Shown here: one piece after another, positions 58,801 through 64,000 of the stretch | Numbering within the stretch: position 1 is the first letter of the stretch | How the letters are laid out: each line of letters opens with the position of its first letter | NCBI GenBank assembly: GCA_030141605.1 | Contig: JAQGDQ010000096.1 | Span: 372,001 to 436,000 of the forward strand | Reading direction: 5' to 3' | Origin: Tubiluchus corallicola | Lineage: Eukaryota > Animalia > Priapulida | Length of the DNA stretch: 64,000 bases | Made by a program: the position numbers and the translations under genes | Notes under the pieces: generated by a model | The model's database searches: none | Told to the model about the DNA's origin: nothing | The model's input: the letters and a program-made list of their open reading frames with translations, nothing else

Positions 58801-60632
58801 GTTTGTGAATATTGATCTTTCTGTGAGAAAATTACGATTTTTCTGCAATTAAAGAATTTACATTTTATTTGTCAGTAAATAATTACACAAACATAGTTTG
58901 TGTAATTATTTACACATAACAATGTGTAATTGTACTATTACACATTACACAAACAAATAATAATTACACAACTTGTACTATGAAACTGGGTAGCACTACA
59001 CTACTATATAACTTAGACGACAATGATGGTGTTAAGAACTTTTTCTGCACAAGTGAATGCAGTTAGTGATAATTGATAACTATTGTAATAATAGTAAATA
59101 ACAACAAGACTGAATGCCTGCCTAACAGTGTTTATCATTTAACTATGCCTGGTCAGTATGGTTTAACCACGTGTGATGGACCAGTGTCAGGGCAATTTAC
59201 CCTAATTTTCATATCTCAGGCCCTGAAAATAATCCCACCTTTTCATTCACACCGTTGCCTGAGTCTCTACCCCAGGTGTTTACCCTGCAAGTATGAGATT
59301 GCAGGGTACCTAGACTGAGTTCAAATTATTCAGTTTTATTACTGAAACTGACCAGTACCCTATGTCCATGATCCTTTGACTAAGGTCACAGTTCACCATG
59401 TCATTGTCAAAGCCCCTTGTCTGCAAGTTTTGTGACCTTAGTGCTCTGTCTTTGTGAGTACATATGAATTAAAAATAAATAATTACCGTATATACGTGTG
59501 TAGAAGTCGACCTTATGTACAAGTCGATGTGCATTTTAAGACCAAAAATTGCATCATATTCTATATTACCTATGTACAAGTCGACCATAAAATATTAAGA
59601 TCTTCCATAGTAAATGATGTCAACAATGGCCGAGTAATAAATCAATGGCCTACTGTGTTAGTGTGTAAGATACGTGCAAGTGCCTGGGCTGAGTATATTA
59701 TACTTACCCGATGTATATATATACATTCATGTTGAGGGCCCTCAATGCACAATCCATGATAATGCAACCTGGCCTTTCATCACGCATAATTGTTTGCTTA
59801 ACCCTAGGATATCGCGGCCAGGATCATAAGTATAAGTCGACCCCAAAAATTTCACCTTAAAATCACCTCCCAAAAATTCGACTAGTACATAAGTACATAC
59901 GGTAAGAAAACTTGATCCCTAATATAAAGAATACTGAAGAATCAAAGTACCGGTTCTCAAAGATTAAAATAGGTCTAAAGTTTACAATTCCTCACACACA
60001 AGAAATTAGTTTGTGAAGTGGACTAGAGTTAGGATTAGGGTAAGAGTTAGGGTATTTAAATTGTGTAAGGAACTATAAATGCCTTCCTAAAATAGACTGG
60101 CTCTGTAGATAGAACACTTACACTACTACAAAGAACAACAAGTTAAAAATTGGCAATTAAAGAATTAGGTCAGTCACATGCATTAACAAACACATACCAA
60201 ACCCTAAACACATCAAGCCAAAAGCATCAAACTCAACAAAACAAAGCTTTTGCATTTTTACCAAAAAGCTAATACCATGATAACAGGAATAATGTGTTCA
60301 TCGCAAGATTTTAACAGCTCCAAGTTGAAGTTTGAAGAACAAAACAGCTTGCTGCTGACTACATTATGAGCTGTGTATGTTTCAGGGTTTGCACTCGGAT
60401 TGTCTAGCAAATGAAATCCTAATCTACAATAAAATGATTGTAGTATTACATACAAAGCACAAACACTGTTTTATAGTTAATAAAAGCAAAAGTGGCAAAA
60501 GTACTGAGGCATATAAACAATACTGAAAAAACCATTAGTAATTGTTGACAATACATGTATAAATTAATTAATGCTATTTCACTTGTTGATTACTTTGTAT
60601 AGTTGATGTAATTGCACCAAGAGTATGAAATG

Positions 60633-60663
<31 letters not shown>

Positions 60664-63600
60664 AAGTGAGTCTAGCAGCTAAAAATACTTTAGCCATGCA
60701 TGCCTTCAGCTTTTAAAATATTGTAATGCGGGTGACCTACATCATGACGGCACTGATCCACACAAAGCCATTGCATGCTGGCAGCTATAACAGTGGTTCA
60801 GTAGACAGACAGACAAGTATGCCTTACATAGAAGCCACATACAGGACAGAATTCTTCGTAGAAGGACACACAACAGAATTCTCGCAAATTTTCTACTTCA
60901 AAATTTCTTCACAACTCACGTTTTGGACATCATAACTAGTAAGATTAGTTGCTAATTACAAGTCATACATGAATCAGTATCAAACCTTGGACCTCTCAGC
61001 CACCAAATAGCAAGAAATTGAACTGACTAGAGGATTTACCCAATGGTCCCCTGGAGGCGAGAACAATATTAATAATCCAAATAACAAAGCCGCATTACAT
61101 GTATGTCTAATAATTCCCACTACAATACAAAACTATTAATAATAAATGATGGTTAAACCACAAGTGAACGCATTCTGGTTTAGCAGATCACTAAGTAAAT
61201 TTAAGAAAACAAAACAAAAGTTCTTACTGAGAAGCACGTTCAAAACAGATAACAACGACTTCAATTGTATGCTGCGTGTTGGCCGCAAGTCCATAAGTCT
61301 GTGTCCCCAACGTTTTGCGATTCCTTCAACAAGTATAAAACTGTTGTTAGAAAAAACTGCTGTTATATACAATGTGAAGTATGAAACAAACATTTGTACA
61401 AAAGCTTTTGCAAAACTAATCATGATTTATTTATTGCCATGCACACATCATTCACTGACTAGTGCAAGTTAGCATATTAATGTCCTAGCAGTGATACTTG
61501 CAAGCATGACTCACGGATTGCAAAGGCATTTAACATAAATTAAGATATCAATGTCCACTAAAACCTGAAATGTACCTGAATAAACAGGTACAAGGATGCA
61601 GACGAACATTATGTAAAGCTACAACATAGAAGATAATCATTCTAAAACAAAAAACTACCTGATTTCTTCAGGAAAATGCTGCATCGTAGGAAGTGCAAGT
61701 AGTTTTGACGAAGCACAGCTGAGAACTTCAAGTAAGCTTTCAAATGGAACAGGACAAGGTAAATGATCTTCCCTGAAACATTTGCCAAGAAATGTGTTGC
61801 ATAAATCAGGAAACATGACGTGTGGCAATACCACCACTTCTGACAAAACTCCAATTAAATCTATCTCTGTACATTAAAGTTACATTTATGTTATTATAAA
61901 TATTCAGTGATGTTCACTATAATTTTAAATATGCCAGGCTTGACTCATATGTTGGTAATAAACTGCTTGCTGTACTGCAGACAAATTGTTTTGCTGCAAA
62001 ATGTTTTTGTTACATAGGTATAACTAATTTCAACAGCAAAAAAAATTAAAGAATTTCGCAAGTTAACAAAGCTAAACGGATCATACTACACGTAATTTCA
62101 CAAACATGTTAACATCTGCCCTCCTGTTGGTTTTCTGGTTGGTTCTATGGCTTATTGAAGAGCAGTTTTCACTGGATTATCATCCAGTCTAAGTATATGC
62201 TCTAATCCATCTTTAATTGCACTATTTTATTTTTCTTGTCAAAGGTTCCTCTTTTACTTTTTCACACAGATGTTAACATATTTAGATTTCGCCCAGAAAG
62301 ATTTAAACTCTTCAGCACTGATCCTTAGAGATAAAAGAATCTGATGCATTGCAGCAAGTAGGGAGTCTTGGCATAAAGAAGTGAACAGAATCAAGTCCCT
62401 GAACGTGTGATTCATTGGATGATGAGCATGATGATTTCAGATTATGATCTAGTTCAACCAGTATTTATGCAGACTATAAAATTTAGACTATTTGTTAAAA
62501 TTGTTAAAATGTTAAAATGTTAAAGCATACCTCAGCAAACATGTAAATGCTGCAATGGCAGCTAGAGACACCTTGTTGTGATTATGTGAAACACCCTGCA
62601 GAAACAACTGTAGACAATCAGAAAATGTCACATTGATGTTCAGCAGGGACAGATTCTCTGGTTGCCTGTCAAAATTACCAAACAGATCATGAAATAAAAT
62701 TAAAATTTTCTAAGTTTTATCAAGCTAATACCGTGAAAATCATAGGAACACATGATCAACATATGTGACCCAGCTAATCTTTATATTTGCAATTAATTTG
62801 TGAAAGCTTGGCTTGGTAAAAAAACAAAAAATATTGTCTACTAACTATCTCTAATTTCACAAGCAATATTTGCACAACGTAGTACTTAGCAACTTACATG
62901 CAACGCTCAATTAATGCTAAAACCACAAAAACTTTAAATTATTTCTATCCGGCTGCAATTTGCACTATAAACAGTAAATTTCAGTAAATCTCCAATATCA
63001 AATATCTACGTCACTGTATAACTGATTGAATTATTTGTGTTAATCTCCTTGTTGTTTCCATAAGTTGTTGCAGTACGTAAAACTACATAAATGTCATTGT
63101 ATGTATTATGCTGTAATGACATAAATTGCTTGCTAACTTACTTAGATGAAGATGCAATGCTTATGGTATTACTTTATGATTTATGGTATATGCCATGGGA
63201 CTGGCATCGGATTCAAGACTCATTCGGAAACTCTTACATCTACGTCCTAAGATGTACATTACTTAGCAAACCCCATTCTGAGGCTGTGTGCATCTCTGCA
63301 GCTTGTGATGCAACATTTAATAATAATAATAATAAAGGTCTTTTTATTTAACATTACTGTCTGTAGTCACTGTAATTTTACATTAAAATGTACCTTTTTA
63401 CAAAAAAACATCAAATACATCAAACATCAACTACTAAGAGGAAAAACGATCTTGACATAGACATTATTAAGATAGCAAGAAGATTATTCACTGGCTTAGC
63501 AAGACTCATACCTACAGCTTCAGATGTAGATCACTTAAATTAGTAATTTCCATTCTGAGGCTGTGAATGTATCTGCAGCCTATGATGTAAATCATTTGGC

Positions 63601-63856
63601 AAGCTCCATTTTGACGGGGTGAGGTGATAAACTCACCAAAAACATATGTATTGTATATCAAATGATACTCTAAATTAAGATTTACCTCTGTAAAATAATT
63701 TTGATCAAATCTAACCCATTCACAATTGTAGTGTTTTTTTTCTGTAAAAAAGCTTCTGTTACTGAACGTAGGATGGCTTCTATTCCATAAATAACATGGC
63801 ATTTTGTGAAAAAATCGTCTGTGTTTGCAAAAAGCAGCAGACAGCAAAGCAAGGAC
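43814..63856 (-). CDS. FANCA: 3' portion of a large multi-exon helical protein gene, FANCA-like (5' end lies outside the window)
   Basis: Approximate exons: 63856-63516, 62665-62531, 61866-61659, 61340-61228, 61119-~60990, 60423-60276, 58842-58627, 57814-57720, 57142-56997, 56313-56196, 55248-55137, 54373-54182, 53459-53355, 53122-53048, 51767-51659, ~51516-51411, ~50784-50678, ~50427-50176, 49758-49604, ~47668-47575, ~47313-47232, 46970-46864, 44771-44643, 44044-43814. Colinear weak matches to remembered human FANCA: EWVRFD..FITSPRQNGAC ~ DWLHLE..FLPESSASGGC; YTAH ~ ITAH; LLPLDVLQKMSNKLVSAGFL ~ [33 protein letters not shown] ~ LFLLQLIPRCPKK. Several junctions are uncertain. Confidence 0.5.
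46680..46737. repeat. (TGT)n/(TAT)n microsatellite
   Basis: Seen directly in the sequence. Confidence 0.85.
47875..48145. repeat. Imperfect foldback, probably an old MITE
   Basis: TGTAGTTGAAACATGTGATAATGTGACA (near 47920) pairs with TGTCACAGTATCACATGATTCAACTACA (near 48065). Confidence 0.6.
50861..50910. repeat. (CA)n/(TA)n microsatellite
   Basis: Seen directly in the sequence. Confidence 0.85.
52740..52945 (-). mobile_element. tRNA-derived SINE remnant
   Basis: The minus-strand head has a B-box-like GCGTTCAAATCCC. Similar remnants lie near 51150-51260 and 38085-38130. Confidence 0.4.
55330..56170 (+). mobile_element. Decayed L2-clade LINE 3' end
   Basis: Encodes LIHAFIISKLDDCNDLLFG..LQLIQSSAVCLI..RKYDHITPILRELH and RIQFKIHCITYKIIHGLAPAYL. 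It ends in an L2-type tail, TGTTCAGCATGCTGAG...GCGCTATATAAAT. Confidence 0.85.
59486..59902. mobile_element. Tc2/pogo-type MITE
   Basis: TA|CCGTATATACGTGTGTAGAAGTCGA ... TCGACTAGTACATAAGTACATACGG|TA, with internal repeats of T(A/C)AAGTCGA. Confidence 0.8.
60633..60659. repeat. (AT)n microsatellite
   Basis: Seen directly in the sequence. Confidence 0.9.
62110..62470 (-). mobile_element. Decayed non-LTR retrotransposon C-terminal fragment (RTE-like)
   Basis: Stop-riddled HILRLDDNPVKTALQ*AIEPTRKPTGGQ resembles the H..R......K.....GR..GR motif at the end of RTE-type ORFs. Confidence 0.45.
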
Positions 63857-64000
63857 CTAAAAACAATAAATAGCTGGAAATCTTATAATAGCAGGAAATA
63901 AGAAATTCTTTCAAATCTCATTATATAACACAAACATTTCCAGTAAGTCACATCAATTTGCTTTATTCAACTGCCAATTTTTAATTCAATTCAATTAATT

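Noticed and set aside
60028-60052. Telomere-like TTAGGG repeats
   Set aside because: There are only a few degenerate units inside a small foldback; this fits a non-autonomous element core rather than an interstitial telomere.

Overview
AT-rich, intron-rich animal (probably invertebrate) genomic DNA with three spliced genes, all on the minus strand. (1) A three-exon Prrx-family paired-like homeobox gene (12481-7161). (2) A complete exportin-6 gene with 24 coding exons (XPO6, 42646-18487), hand-spliced in frame from start to stop. (3) The 3' part of a large helical-repeat gene with patchy FANCA-like similarity (runs from beyond 64000 to 43814), which seems to continue about 450-500 aa past the vertebrate FANCA end. 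Introns and intergenic DNA hold decayed pogo, hAT and Tc2-type DNA transposons, CR1/L2-like LINE fragments, tRNA-derived SINE remnants, a Penelope-like foldback and microsatellites. Two structures stand out. First, a ~540-bp inverted repeat brackets the two homeobox-coding exons of Prrx. Second, three unrelated tandem arrays each copy a real splice site in frame-preserving, stop-free steps (42/54, 36 and 45 bp), including six extra in-frame donors inside homeodomain helix 3. All exon models and family calls were made by eye from remembered protein sequences; no database search was run.
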